A DNA stretch of 64,000 bases, from assembly GCA_030141605.1 (NCBI GenBank), contig JAQGDQ010000211.1:270885-334884 (forward strand). Reading direction: 5' to 3'. Below, piece by piece: positions 52,923 through 64,000 of the stretch. The notes beneath the pieces were generated by a model. That model had not been told where the DNA came from, searched no databases, and saw only the letters and a list, made by a program, of their open reading frames with translations. The translations under genes were made by a program, and so were the position numbers. This DNA is from Tubiluchus corallicola. Lineage: Eukaryota > Animalia > Priapulida. Numbering within the stretch: position 1 is the first letter of the stretch; each line of letters begins with the position of its first letter.

Positions 52923-53040
52923 CAACAACAACAACAACAACAACATCATCAACAATAATAATAATAATAATAGTAATAATAATAATAATAATAATGTTGT
53001 TGTTGTTGTTATTGTTGTTATTATTATTGTTGTTATTATC
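52855..53040. repeat. (AAT)/(AAC)/(GTT) microsatellites
   Basis: Direct inspection. Confidence 0.9.
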
Positions 53041-54025
53041 AAGTAAAATATCTACATCGAGTAAAGGATCTACATCGAGTAAAGGATCTACATCGAGTAA
53101 AGGATCTACATCAAGTAAAAGATCTACATCAAGTAAAGGATCTACATCAAGTAAAAGATCTACATCAAGTAAAGGATCTACATCAAGTGAAAGATCTACA
53201 TCAAGTAAAGGATCTACATCAAGTGAAAGATCTACATCAAGTAAAAGATCTACATCAAGTAAAGGATCTACATCAAGTAAAGGATCTACATCAAGTAAAA
53301 GATCTACATCAAGTAAAGGATCTACATCAAGTAAAGGATCTACATCAAGTAAAGGATCTACATCGAGTAAAAGATCTACATCAAGTAAAAGATCTACATC
53401 AAGTAAAGAATCTACATCAAGTAAAGGATCTACATCAAGTAAAAGATCTACATCAAGTAAAGGATCTACATCAAGTAAAGGATCTACATCAAGTAAAGGA
53501 TCTACATCAAGTAAAGGATCTACATCGAGTAAAAGATCTACATCAAGTAAAGGATCTACATCAAGTAAAAGATCTACATCAAGTAAAGGATCTACATCAA
53601 GTAAAAGATCTACATCAAGTAAAGAATCTACATCAAGTAAAGGATCTACATCAAGTAAAAGAAATACATCAAGTAAAGGATCTACATCAAGTAAAGGATC
53701 TACATCAAGTAAAGGATCTACATCAAGTAAAAGATCTACATCAAGTAAAGAATCTACATCAAGTAAAGGATCTACATCAAGTAAAAGAAATACATCAAGT
53801 AAAGGATCTACATCAAGTAAAGGATCTACATCAAGTAAAGGATCTACATCAAGTAAAAGATCTACATCAAGTAAAGAATCTACATCAAGTAAAGGATCTA
53901 CATCAAGTAAAAGATCTACATCAAGTAAAGGATCTACATCAAGTAAAGGATCTACATCAAGTAAAGGATCTACATCAAGTAAAGGATCTACATCAAGTAA
54001 AGGATCTACATCAAGTAGAATCTAC
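53041..54025. repeat. 18-bp minisatellite (about 54 copies)
   Basis: Unit aagtaaaggatctacatc. Confidence 0.96.
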
Positions 54026-54499
54026 AAGAAGCACTTCCTGCTGTTCTATTACAGAACACAGAACAGTTAGTCTTAATTAATTTCCGCACAAGCTTAGAAT
54101 AAGCTGCCATTAGTTTCGCATTACTCTTGTTAATCATTTTTCCTTTATCCACCTTTTAATACGTGTTTCAATGTGTTTCTGGCTGTATAAGAGGTTTTAC
54201 ACAAGGTGCCTGTATAGTTAAGTTCTTGATTAAGGTGGCAGAGCAGATGTTAATGAGGATAAAATACAGCTTCACTTGACCTACTGAAGTGGATTGTGTT
54301 TCTGGCGCATGCGCAGCATCTGTGAATTTTTGTCACTGTCAATATTCAGATTTGGTGTATGAAGAAAGGAAATTGCTACGTAATTAACAGTTTTAGATTT
54401 TTTTTGCTCTAAGGATTGAAAAAAACAAGGCACAGCCATTTCCTGTCTTTAGTTTGGTTTTCTCTCCTCGATCCGTTTTTTGACGCCATTTCCCTTCTT

Positions 54500-54885
<386 letters not shown>

Positions 54886-55574
54886 CATGTATACTTTCTA
54901 CTTCAAACTCTTCTGTTGTTATTTTCTGTCGCTCCCATTCCCCTCTCTCTAAGACACTAACCCTCCATACTTTCCTTTAGCTTCTCTTTTGCTTTTGTCG
55001 AAGCCTTTCATTTGACTCGTGGTGACATTAACTTTTATTATTTGCAATAACCTGTGAAACTCATATTAAATGCAATGTAAACGTATAGACGCCTTGCTTA
55101 AGGCAATTATAAAACACGTGCTTATTGTAGCTTGAATGTCAACGTTTTGTAAAAACAGACTCTCTGATATTAGAGTAAGCGAAATCTTGTCATTTCGTCT
55201 CTCTGAACTCTGAAGGACTTTTGAAAAACTTAAAATTTAGCTTTTTTTGAAGTATTTCTCGTGGTCTTAGTAGCAGAACTCGAACTTCATATCAGTGCGA
55301 TTAGAGGTTTAGCTTTTTTGTTGAAAGAGTCTTTTTGGTCTTTTAACTCACTTTGCTGAAAAGCTACTAGAAATTCTCTTTCTAAAAAAGATGAATATTA
55401 ATTTTTTTCTTAAAATATTTTTTACTTTCAGTTGCTGAGTTAAAATTTGCTTAAAATTTCACTGGCAAAGTGTTATAGATCATCTCAGCTTTTTTCTGGA
55501 AATATTTCTTTTACTCGTGGCTGTAGAACCTGAGCTTGAAATTTTATTGGCCTTTATAAGTTCTGTCTTCTTTT

Positions 55575-55958
55575 TCACCAGGCCAGAGATGATTTATTGT
55601 AAATAAATCTCTGTTCTCGCTTATAACGTAAATGTTTACCGTCTTGCAGGAAATGAACTCGTACGTCTGTTCCTGCACGGGAACCCTACCCTAGATAGTT
55701 CCGTGAGCACTGAAATTTTTGTAGCAGTGCAGTCTTTTGTTGCAAACACTAAGCGCTTTAAATCATTCTATCACTGCTTACTCATCGTACGTAGTATTGT
55801 TTATAATTATTGCAACGTTTCTTGTACATTGTGGTCACCATTGTTCTGCATCTGTCTAGCCGCTAGCGTTTTGCCCCCACTAGGGGACAGCAGCTGTGAA
55901 GCTGTGTGCTTCAAACCTAATTTGTCAATTACATTTTCAATAAAATCTTGTTTAAACC
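55575..55958 (+). mobile_element. CR1-type LINE 3' end inserted in the 82-bp satellite
   Basis: LVRLFLHGNPTLDSSVSTEIFVAVQSFVANTKRF matches the CR1 ORF2 C-terminal LLxG..L...IFxAVxxFIxxTKRF pattern; tail aataaaatcttgtttaaac. Confidence 0.7.
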
Positions 55959-57672
55959 CAATTTCACTGGTAAAGCTAGTAGGAATTCAGTGTTTTTCTT
56001 GAAATATTCTTCTTAATCTCAGAAGCACAATGTGAGCTTGAAATTTCACTGGTAAAGCTACTAGAAATCAGCGTTTTTCCCGAAATATTGTTCTTAGTTT
56101 CAGCAACGTAATGTGAGCTTGAAATCACTGGTAAAGCTACCAGGAATTCAGTGTTTTTCTTGAAATATTCTTCTTAGTCCCTGCAGCATTGTGAGCTTGA
56201 AATTTCACCGGTAAAGTTACTAGGAATTCAGTGTTTTTCTTGAAATATTTTTTATAATCTCAGCAGCACAATGTGAGCTTGAAATTTTACTGGTAAAACT
56301 ACCAGGAATTCGGTGTTTTTCTTGAAACATTCTTCTTAGTCTCAGCAGCATAATGTGAGCTTGAAATTTCACTCGTAAAACTACTAGGAATTCACCGTTT
56401 TTCTTGAAATATTTTTTATAATCTCAGAAGCCCAATGTGAGCTTGAAATTTCACTGGTAAAGCTACTAGAAATCAGCGTTTTTCCCGAAATATTGTTCTT
56501 AGTTTCAGCAACGTAATGTGAGCTTGAAATCACTGGTAAAGCTACCAGGAATTCAGTGTTTTTCTTGAAATATTCTTCTTAGTCCCTGCAGCATTGTGAG
56601 CTTGGAATTTCACTGGTAAAGTTACTAGGAATTCAGTGTTTTTCTTGAAATATTTTTTATAATCTCAGCAGCACAATGTGAGCTTGAAATTTTACTGGTA
56701 AAACTACCAGGAATTCGGTGTTTTTCTTGAAACATTCTTCTTAGTCTCAGCAGCATAATGTGAGCTTGAAATTTCACTCGTAAAACTACTAGGAATTCAG
56801 TGTTTTTCTTGAAATATTCCTCTTAATCTCAGAAGCACAATGTGAGCTTGAAATTTCACTGGTAAAGCTACTAGAAATCAGCGTTTTTCCCGAAATATTG
56901 TTCTTAGTTTCAGCAACGTAATGTGAGCTTGAAATCACTGATAAAGCTACCAGGAATTCAGTGTTTTTCTTGAAATATTCTTCTTAGTCCCTGCAGCATT
57001 GTGAGCTTGAAATTTCACTGGTAAAGTTACTAGGAATTCAGTGTTTTTCTTGAAATATTTTTTACAATCTCAGCAGCACAATGTGAGCTTGAAATTTTAC
57101 TGGTAAAACTACCAGGAATTCGGTGTTTTTCTTGAAATATTCTTCTTAGTCTCAGCAGCACAATGTGAGCTTGAAATTTCACTCGTAAAACTACTAGGAA
57201 TTCAGCGTTTTTCTTGAAATATTTTTTATAATCTCAGAAGCCCAATGTGAGCTTGAAATTTCACTAGTAAAGCTACTAGGAATTCAGCGTTTTTCTTTAA
57301 ATATTCATCATAAACTCAGCACCTCAATGTTAGCTTGAAATTTCACTGGTAAAGCTACTAGGAATTCACCGTTTTTCTTGAAATATTTTTTATAATCTCA
57401 GAAGCCCAATGTGAGCTTGAAATTTCACTGATAAAGCTACTAGGAATTCAGCGTTTTTCTTTAAATATTCTTCTTAATCTCAGCAGCACAATGTGAGCTT
57501 GAAATTTCACTGGTAAAGCTACTAGGAATTCAGCATTTTTCTTTAAATATTCTTCTTAATCTCAGAAGCACAAGGCGAACTTGAAATTTCACTGGTAAAA
57601 CTACTGGGAATTCAGCGTTTTTCTTGAAATATTCTTCTTAATCTCAACAGCACAAGGCGAACTTGAAATTTC
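55959..57672. repeat. ~81-82-bp satellite with 5-mer (405-bp) higher-order repeat
   Basis: Unit gtgagcttgaaatttcactggtaaagctactaggaattcagtgtttttcttgaaatattcttcttaatctcagcagcacaat; diagnostic variant at 56061, 56466 and 56871. Confidence 0.92.
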
Positions 57673-58164
57673 GCTGTCAGAACGCTGTGAAATAGAAAGT
57701 TGCGAATCGATCGCCTGACAATTTGATGAGCTGATCATATTTCCGCCGCCGGAGATTAGAAAATTCAAAATATTGAAAAAAAATCAAGAATTTTTCAGCA
57801 CGACTGAGCAGTTGAAGGGAAACCGAATATGTAGTAAATCATTTCATATTCAGTCGGCCATTTTATAGCGTTGGGAAAACTGCTTCAAAGGTTTGAAAAC
57901 GATTTCAGTTTTCCGCTGAGTTTGATATTAAAGCAGACTCCATTTTGAAGAATGAATGATCATATGTTTTGCATAATGGTCTGATACCGTTGTGTGACAC
58001 ACGTATAATATTTTTGTCAATTATATTGCGCAATACTACACAGCGTCTATACGTGTTATTGTAGGTAGCGCGATTATATTGTGCAATATTTCTTTTGTGT
58101 GATATCACGTACGCAAAAATATTGCATAGTATACTTGTCGGTGCTAATGTACAATATTGTCTAT

Positions 58165-58680
58165 TCTCTTTTTTCCTTTCTTTTTCCTTCTCTTTTCTCT
58201 TCTTTTCTTTTCTTCTCTTCTCTTCTCTTCTCTTCTCTTCTCTTCTCTTCTCTTCTCTTCTCTTCTCTTCTCTTCTCTTCTCTTCTCTTCTCTTCTCTTC
58301 TCTTCTCTTCTCTTCTCGATTCTTCTCGTTTCTTTTCTTCTCTTTCTTCCCTTCCCTTCTCCTCCCTTCTCTTCTCTTCTCTCCTCCTCTCCTCTTCCCT
58401 TCTCTCCTCTCCTCTCCTCTCCTCTCCTCTTCTCTCCTCTTCTCTTCTCTTCTCTTCTCTTCTCTCCTCTCCTCTCCTCTCCTCTCCTCTCCTTTTCTCT
58501 CCTCTCATTTCCTTTTCCTTTTTTTCTTTTTCTTTTCACTTTTTGTTTTTTCTTCCTCTTTTCCTTCTTTTTTGGTTTTTCATTTTTTACGACTTTTTCG
58601 TTTATCTTTGTTTAGCTTTTTCTTTCTTCTGTGTTTTCTTTCATTGTTTTTTTCTTCTCTCCTTTTCTCTAATTTCTTCA
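58165..58680. repeat. (TCTTC)/(TCTCC)n pyrimidine-rich tract
   Basis: Direct inspection. Confidence 0.93.
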
Positions 58681-58922
58681 AGCCTAGAAACCTACATAAC
58701 CTTTTAAAGCATTAAGATTTTACGTTAAAAACCTTCACTAGGTGCAAGCGCAGATTACAACTTTTTTACTACAAATTCGTGCTGCAAAATTCATTAGCTG
58801 CGAGTGAAAAAAACGTGTACTTGTCCTTTAACTGTTTATAAATATCCACGAAACGCTGCTTTTTTTGACAAAATATATGTACTTTACATGCATTATGACT
58901 AAATTACATTTTTTGCTTTTAG

Positions 58923-59265
58923 GTTCAGACGTCCTTAAGAAGAAGAAAATTCCATGCGGCATTGTTAACAAGATTTAGTGCACTAAGATCGGGAAACGTT
59001 AGACATCGTTAAGACCTACCTAATCCTTCTGAAAGACCAGTCTTAATACGTTAATTAGTGCCGCGTTCCCATAGCAACGCGGACAGCTTTTCGGCGAGAG
59101 GCACGAGAGCGTAAGACTTTTGAGTGATTGGATGAATGTGAAATTCGTCAGGAAGCTTGCCCACTAATGGCAACAAAATCCTTTGTTGACTGTCATGTGC
59201 CATCGTTTGCTGCACAATAATTGCAAAAGTGCTCGTGGATGTTGACAAGTTTCTACCGTTGAACT
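58923..59265 (+). other. Putative 5' UTR portion of the GPCR coding exon
   Basis: Strong acceptor ttttttgcttttag|g at 58922; contains several short uORFs. Confidence 0.55.
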
Positions 59266-60606
59266 ATGACGCTCGAAGAAGAAGAAGACGACCCAGGCGT
59301 ACCCTATATTAGATTCATCCTCAACTTTATCTCCAATAACCACAACAACACCGTGGACCCAAGGAAGCCGATGCTTCGGGTGTCACTGCGGTACGTCTAC
59401 CAACTGTTCATATTCATCTACGCCATCGTTTTCCTGGTGGGCCTGATCGGCAACATCCTCATATTGGTGACAATTGTCCGACGGAGGCTCCGCGATCCCA
59501 CGTACATTTTGATGGCAAATTTGGCGGTGTCGGACGTTGCGAAGTGTCTTGCGGTGTTACCCATTACGCTCGCCAACCTCCTTATCAAGAACTGGATATA
59601 TGGCAGTTTTATGTGTTTCTTTCTTCCAATGTTGCAGTCGTTTCCTGTTCACGTGTCGATGCTTACCTATCTGACAATCGCTATTGATCGATACCGGTTA
59701 ATACTCCATCCAATAAAGACTAGAATTCCGGCTGGCTTGTGCATTATCGGTATTTGGGTGTTGGGGCTGTGCCTGGTTCTGCCCTATGCCATCTACGTGA
59801 AGTACATTGATCTTGGTCGATTCTGGAAGGGAGAATTTGATGGAGTGGGTCTTTGCTTGGTTAATGTGGAAAAGAACATTGAAGAATACACCCGTGCCAT
59901 GTTTGTATGCCTGTACGCCGTTCCTTTGGCCATTATTGCATTCCTTTATGTGAAGGTATCATCCGAAATCAAATTCCGTGAAGGACCGTTCACCGTGGTC
60001 CAGTTTGCTGAACTTCCTTCAGTCGTTTCTGCTAACGACCACAACTACGAGTACGACGCAGGTTACGCGAGCATGCGCACGCACAGCGACGCCAGTGCAA
60101 CCTCTATGTCGCATGTCACATGGTCGAGCAACGTCAGCGACAACGACAATCGGCGAGCATCTGATTGTCATCCAAACACGTACCACAGTCGTCCAATGTC
60201 TGTCCTTGGAGATGAGGAAGGATTCGATGCAAAGACAGAGCGAAGAACACAAAAGTATCTTATCACCATGGTGACATTGTTTGCTGCTTGCTGGTGTCCT
60301 CTGAACATACTTAATCTGGTTTCACATTTCATCTTTGAGACTTACAACAATACAGGGTATTTCGATGTCACTTACATCCTCTTCACCTACATCGGATTTT
60401 TGTCGACATGCGTAAATCCGTTTCTGTTCGCATCATGGCGGATGAGCGACGTAACCAAGATGCGCTTACGCGGCTACTTCCGGTTTAGTAACCGACGCAG
60501 AAGTTCGGGGGCTCGTTCGGGCAACCTGTTGGACGTCAGCCCTCAGCCACCTAATGGACATACATCATCAAAGGAGAGCGAGAGCGATTCTAAATCATAT
60601 GTGTAA
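59266..60606 (+). CDS. Class A (rhodopsin-like) neuropeptide GPCR, NPY/sNPF/PrRP-receptor-like, 446 aa, intronless CDS
   Basis: 7 hydrophobic segments; GN (TM1), NLAVSD (TM2), IAIDRY (TM3), W (TM4), YAVP (TM5), CWCPLN (TM6), CVNPFLF (TM7); TM3 and ECL2 cysteines; N-terminal NNT sequon. Confidence 0.95.
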   Translation: MTLEEEEDDPGVPYIRFILNFISNNHNNTVDPRKPMLRVSLRYVYQLFIFIYAIVFLVGLIGNILILVTIVRRRLRDPTYILMANLAVSDVAKCLAVLPITLANLLIKNWIYGSFMCFFLPMLQSFPVHVSMLTYLTIAIDRYRLILHPIKTRIPAGLCIIGIWVLGLCLVLPYAIYVKYIDLGRFWKGEFDGVGLCLVNVEKNIEEYTRAMFVCLYAVPLAIIAFLYVKVSSEIKFREGPFTVVQFAELPSVVSANDHNYEYDAGYASMRTHSDASATSMSHVTWSSNVSDNDNRRASDCHPNTYHSRPMSVLGDEEGFDAKTERRTQKYLITMVTLFAACWCPLNILNLVSHFIFETYNNTGYFDVTYILFTYIGFLSTCVNPFLFASWRMSDVTKMRLRGYFRFSNRRRSSGARSGNLLDVSPQPPNGHTSSKESESDSKSYV

Positions 60607-60710
60607 ATGTAGGGTTTGTTTGAGCAAGTCATTTGCCTATTGATTAACCCTTCACCTGGCAACATACATTTGCCTGATACAATGTTGTACATGTAAATGT
60701 GAATGAATGG

Positions 60711-60716
60711 AATAAA
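60711..60716 (+). terminator. Candidate polyadenylation signal of the GPCR
   Basis: AATAAA about 105 nt after the stop. Confidence 0.5.
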
Positions 60717-60759
60717 GTAAAACACCATTATCATTACATTTATTGATGTGTCTTCTACC

Positions 60760-61021
60760 TTCACTCACTCACACACGCACGCACGCACGCACGCATGCAC
60801 ACACACACACACACCCTCTTATTTGCCTCTCTCTCTCTGTCACTCTCTCTCTCTCTCTCACTCCCGCTTATCTGCCTCTCTCTCTCTCTCTCTCTCTCTA
60901 TCATGCCATCTTATCTGTCTTTCTCTCTCTCTTTCACTCCCTCTTATCTGCCCCCTCTCTCTTTCTCTATCATGCCATCTTATCTGTCTTTCTCTCTATG
61001 TCTCTCACTCCCGCTTATCTG

Positions 61022-61064
<43 letters not shown>

Positions 61065-61197
61065 TGCCATCTTATCTGTCTTTCTCTCTTCTTTCTCTCT
61101 CTCTTTCACTCCCTCTTATCTGCCCCCCTCTCTCTCTATCATGCCATCTTATCTGTCTTTCTCTCTCTCTTTCTTTTTCTCTCTCTCTTTCATTCTT

Positions 61198-61263
<66 letters not shown>

Positions 61264-61320
61264 GCCTCTCTCTGCCTTTTACCTCACTTTTTTCTTGTTC
61301 TCCTTTTTCTTTTACAGCTT
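60760..61320. repeat. (CA)/(CT) low-complexity tract with repeated tatcatgccatcttatctgtc units
   Basis: Direct inspection. Confidence 0.88.
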
Positions 61321-63192
61321 TCTACTAACACTGAGTTGTCCTCCATTTTTTAATCTCCTCATTGATATATTATGCACTTTCTTATGCACCTTGTTTATTT
61401 TTGTCTTTTCTCTGCAAAACAATTGTGTAAAGTATGATAAAGCAACGTATTTTTATCGTACCTAGATTCCTAGATTCTTAAATTACCTAGATTAATGACA
61501 AATCTCGCAAAACGCTACTAAATATGAAAGGTTTTATGCTGATGGTGACGACAATGATAATGAATTGATGCTAACTGATGATGATAACGAATTTCCATCG
61601 TAACACACTCAAGCAGTTAGCTTTAAAATAATTTACAAGGCTGCTTTTGTATCATTGTATTGATGATATGTTAGGTCAGTTATAGACACGAATTGAACCA
61701 TTAATTTTTGTATAATTCAATATTTTCCCAAAAAGTTCATCCTGTTTTACTGAAAATATGTTTATACGTTACAGATGCAGATGATTTTAATTTGGAATTA
61801 GATAAACAAAATGTTATATATATATATGTTATAATAAATGTTTACATATATGTTATAATAAAATGTTGTATTTAATTAAAAACATTGGTGTATATAGAAT
61901 TCATTTAATTTTGTCTAGCTAACTGAATTACAGGGAGAAAACTGGACCAGAACTAGGATTAGTATGTGCAAATAACACTCGCTTATTTCAAAAATGCAAA
62001 ATTAGGTAAAATTCTAGTTCCACTACGTAGAAGTAATGCTCGGGTATTTCAAAAAGCTCGAAGAATTCAAGATGTTCTAACACATCTTGTCTCGCGAGCG
62101 TGTCTGCTCTGGTCAATACTCATCAATGGCATGTTTTCTAGCGTTGTAGTGTTCATTCTGTTATTTCGGCTGTGTGACGGGTTGAGGTTCGATGAAAGTC
62201 CATGATATTGAAGTCTAATATAATGTCAATCATTTTCGTTGACTGCCCAATCAGCGTGCAAGTTATTTCACACACCTGCAGAGCTTAATAAACGCAAGCA
62301 CGTTCGGGACATTTAGCTATAGTTCCGTGTAACACTGTTGTGAAAAATGCTCAACTTTTCATTAGTTAGCGGGAGAAATATTGGCCTGGTTCTAGATTCT
62401 GTCATTGTAAATTGAAATTGCACGTGAATTAGTAGAAATATATAGTCTAGTTTCGTTTATAGGAAGAAATGTACAACGCTTACGTCGATGAGTTATGAGT
62501 TGCTGATCAAACCATTTTGCATTCAAGAAAATACGCAGTTTACTTTAGTTTATGGTTTTGCAAGTTAGATAAAACAACTATTTAATTAACTTTAAAGAAG
62601 GACAAAACAAAATGTTTTTTTCTGGCCAATTTTTATAAACCTCAATAAGATGTTCACAATCAAAATTAGTTCAAATGTTGTCAAAACTTACATTGTATGT
62701 CAATGTAATATTTGGTAATTTTACGCTACTTTTCTGGTTATAATCGTGGTTAAAAGATACCATTGGGACTTATGTGACTCGGGCATTCAATATAAGAGTC
62801 ATCTATGGAACGGAACAGTCAAATTTATTCCATTTCCGTAGCCTGACAAACGAAAAATTACAAAAACTTAATAAATCTTGCAGACGAGCACATGATTAAT
62901 TAATATAGAAAAATACATCGCAGGCTTGATGTTCGTATGTTCAAAGGCAAGAGAGACTTAATATTTTTGATTTGTAAGCAAGGCCAATTGGCTTAGTTTC
63001 TTTGTTATACTTATGTCTCTGTATTCTGTAGTGCTTTGAAACTTCGTCTCTACATTCTGTTTAAATTGAAAAGTCGTTTTTGGCTACTTGAAGTGTAAAT
63101 TTCGTTTAAAAATAGCTGTGCTCTGCAATTTTGTGTTTATGAAAAAGTGCAATCAGTTTATCTGCTAATTAGACATTAGTTGTGACTGTCAT

Positions 63193-63466
63193 GTAGTTTA
63201 GTTTAGTTTGGTTTGGTTTGGTTTGGTGTGGTTTGGTTTGGTTTGGTTTGGTTTGGTTTGGTTTGGTTTGGTTTGGTTTGGTTTGGTTTGGTTTGGTTTG
63301 GTTTAGTTTAGTTTAGTTTAGTTTAGTTTAGTTTAGTTTAGTTTAGTTTAGTTTAGTTTAGTTTAGTTTAGTTTAGTTTAGTTTAGTTTAGTTTAGTTTA
63401 GTTTAGTTTAGTTTAGTTTAGTTTAGTTTAGTTTAGTTTAGTTTAGTTTAGTTTAGTTTAGTTTAG
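63193..63466. repeat. (GTTTG)n/(GTTTA)n microsatellite
   Basis: Direct inspection. Confidence 0.95.
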
Positions 63467-63659
63467 ACAGTTGTTGTCCTGCGTGACTGTTGTTCCGAAT
63501 ACTGCTGAGCGTGCTTACGTCATAGAGGAGGCGGAGCGATAGACCAATACGTTTGACGTCAATTCAGTTCAGCTGAACCCCCCCGTCCCCCAATCATACT
63601 CTTTTAGGTCTAGGGAGTGCGAGACGCCCGAGGCTTTCACACTAAATCTTGACCAGGAT

Positions 63660-63728
63660 CTGTAGCGGATAGCCCCTATAGGCTGAATAATAAAATCATA
63701 ATAATTATAAAATCATAATCCGCCGCTG
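63660..63728. mobile_element. 69-bp internally deleted derivative of the hAT-like MITE at 14180-14628
   Basis: ctgtagcggatagcccctataggctgaa ... ataaaatcataatccgccgctg; flanks accaggat / accatgac (6/8). Confidence 0.75.
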
Positions 63729-64000
63729 ACCATGACTGATTTGCACTTGTTTAGATCAGCAGTACTTTGATGTAATAAATTATTCTGTATCCTTACTCGC
63801 TTGTTTTGTGCACAATACCCCCCCCCTTTAGCAAATGATTATGTACCACCCTTAAACAGCTAATCAAAAAAGCTTGGTAATACTTACATGTGTAATAGAG
63901 TGTGGTGAAACTCTGCTTTTTTTATCCAATTTTTTTAAAACTTTACCTACTTTGAAGGTTTGATGAGGTAAATTTTCAGGTTTGGAAACACGGGTCTCCA

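Noticed and set aside
52994-54080. Ser/Lys-rich 358-aa ORF (STSSKG)n with a poly-Leu 'signal', resembling a phosphoserine cement or silaffin-like protein
   Set aside because: The leader is a (GTT/ATT) microsatellite with a non-ATG start and the body is an 18-bp minisatellite open in two frames. It is most simply non-coding, although RNA-seq coverage would be a cheap check.

Overview
AT-rich, repeat-dense genomic DNA from an animal, probably a lophotrochozoan invertebrate such as an annelid or mollusc (inferred, not proven). Three protein-coding loci are supported. (1) The last 8 exons of an ABCC1/MRP1-like transporter (+, 1-9831). Exon boundaries match human ABCC1 and NBD2 is intact, but several canonical substrate-pocket residues in TM16/TM17 are replaced. 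(2) A complete, apparently lineage-specific secreted Gly/Tyr/Ala/His-rich repetitive protein gene (-, about 33875-31490). It has a TATA promoter, a signal-peptide exon, 6 x 15-aa GAGHPxGYGxGGYGY repeats and a Pro/Thr stalk. A second Gly/Tyr module can be joined in frame through a GT donor that overlaps the stop codon. (3) A class A neuropeptide-type GPCR with an intronless CDS (+, 59266-60606), an NPxxF variant motif and a uORF-rich leader. The rest is MITEs (Tc1/pogo-, hAT-, piggyBac- and Kolobok-like), LINE fragments, many mini- and microsatellites (some apparently born from transposon ends or from a stop-codon region) and one N gap. Most long ORFs in the supplied track are artefacts of tandem repeats. 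All calls are by eye; no searches were run.
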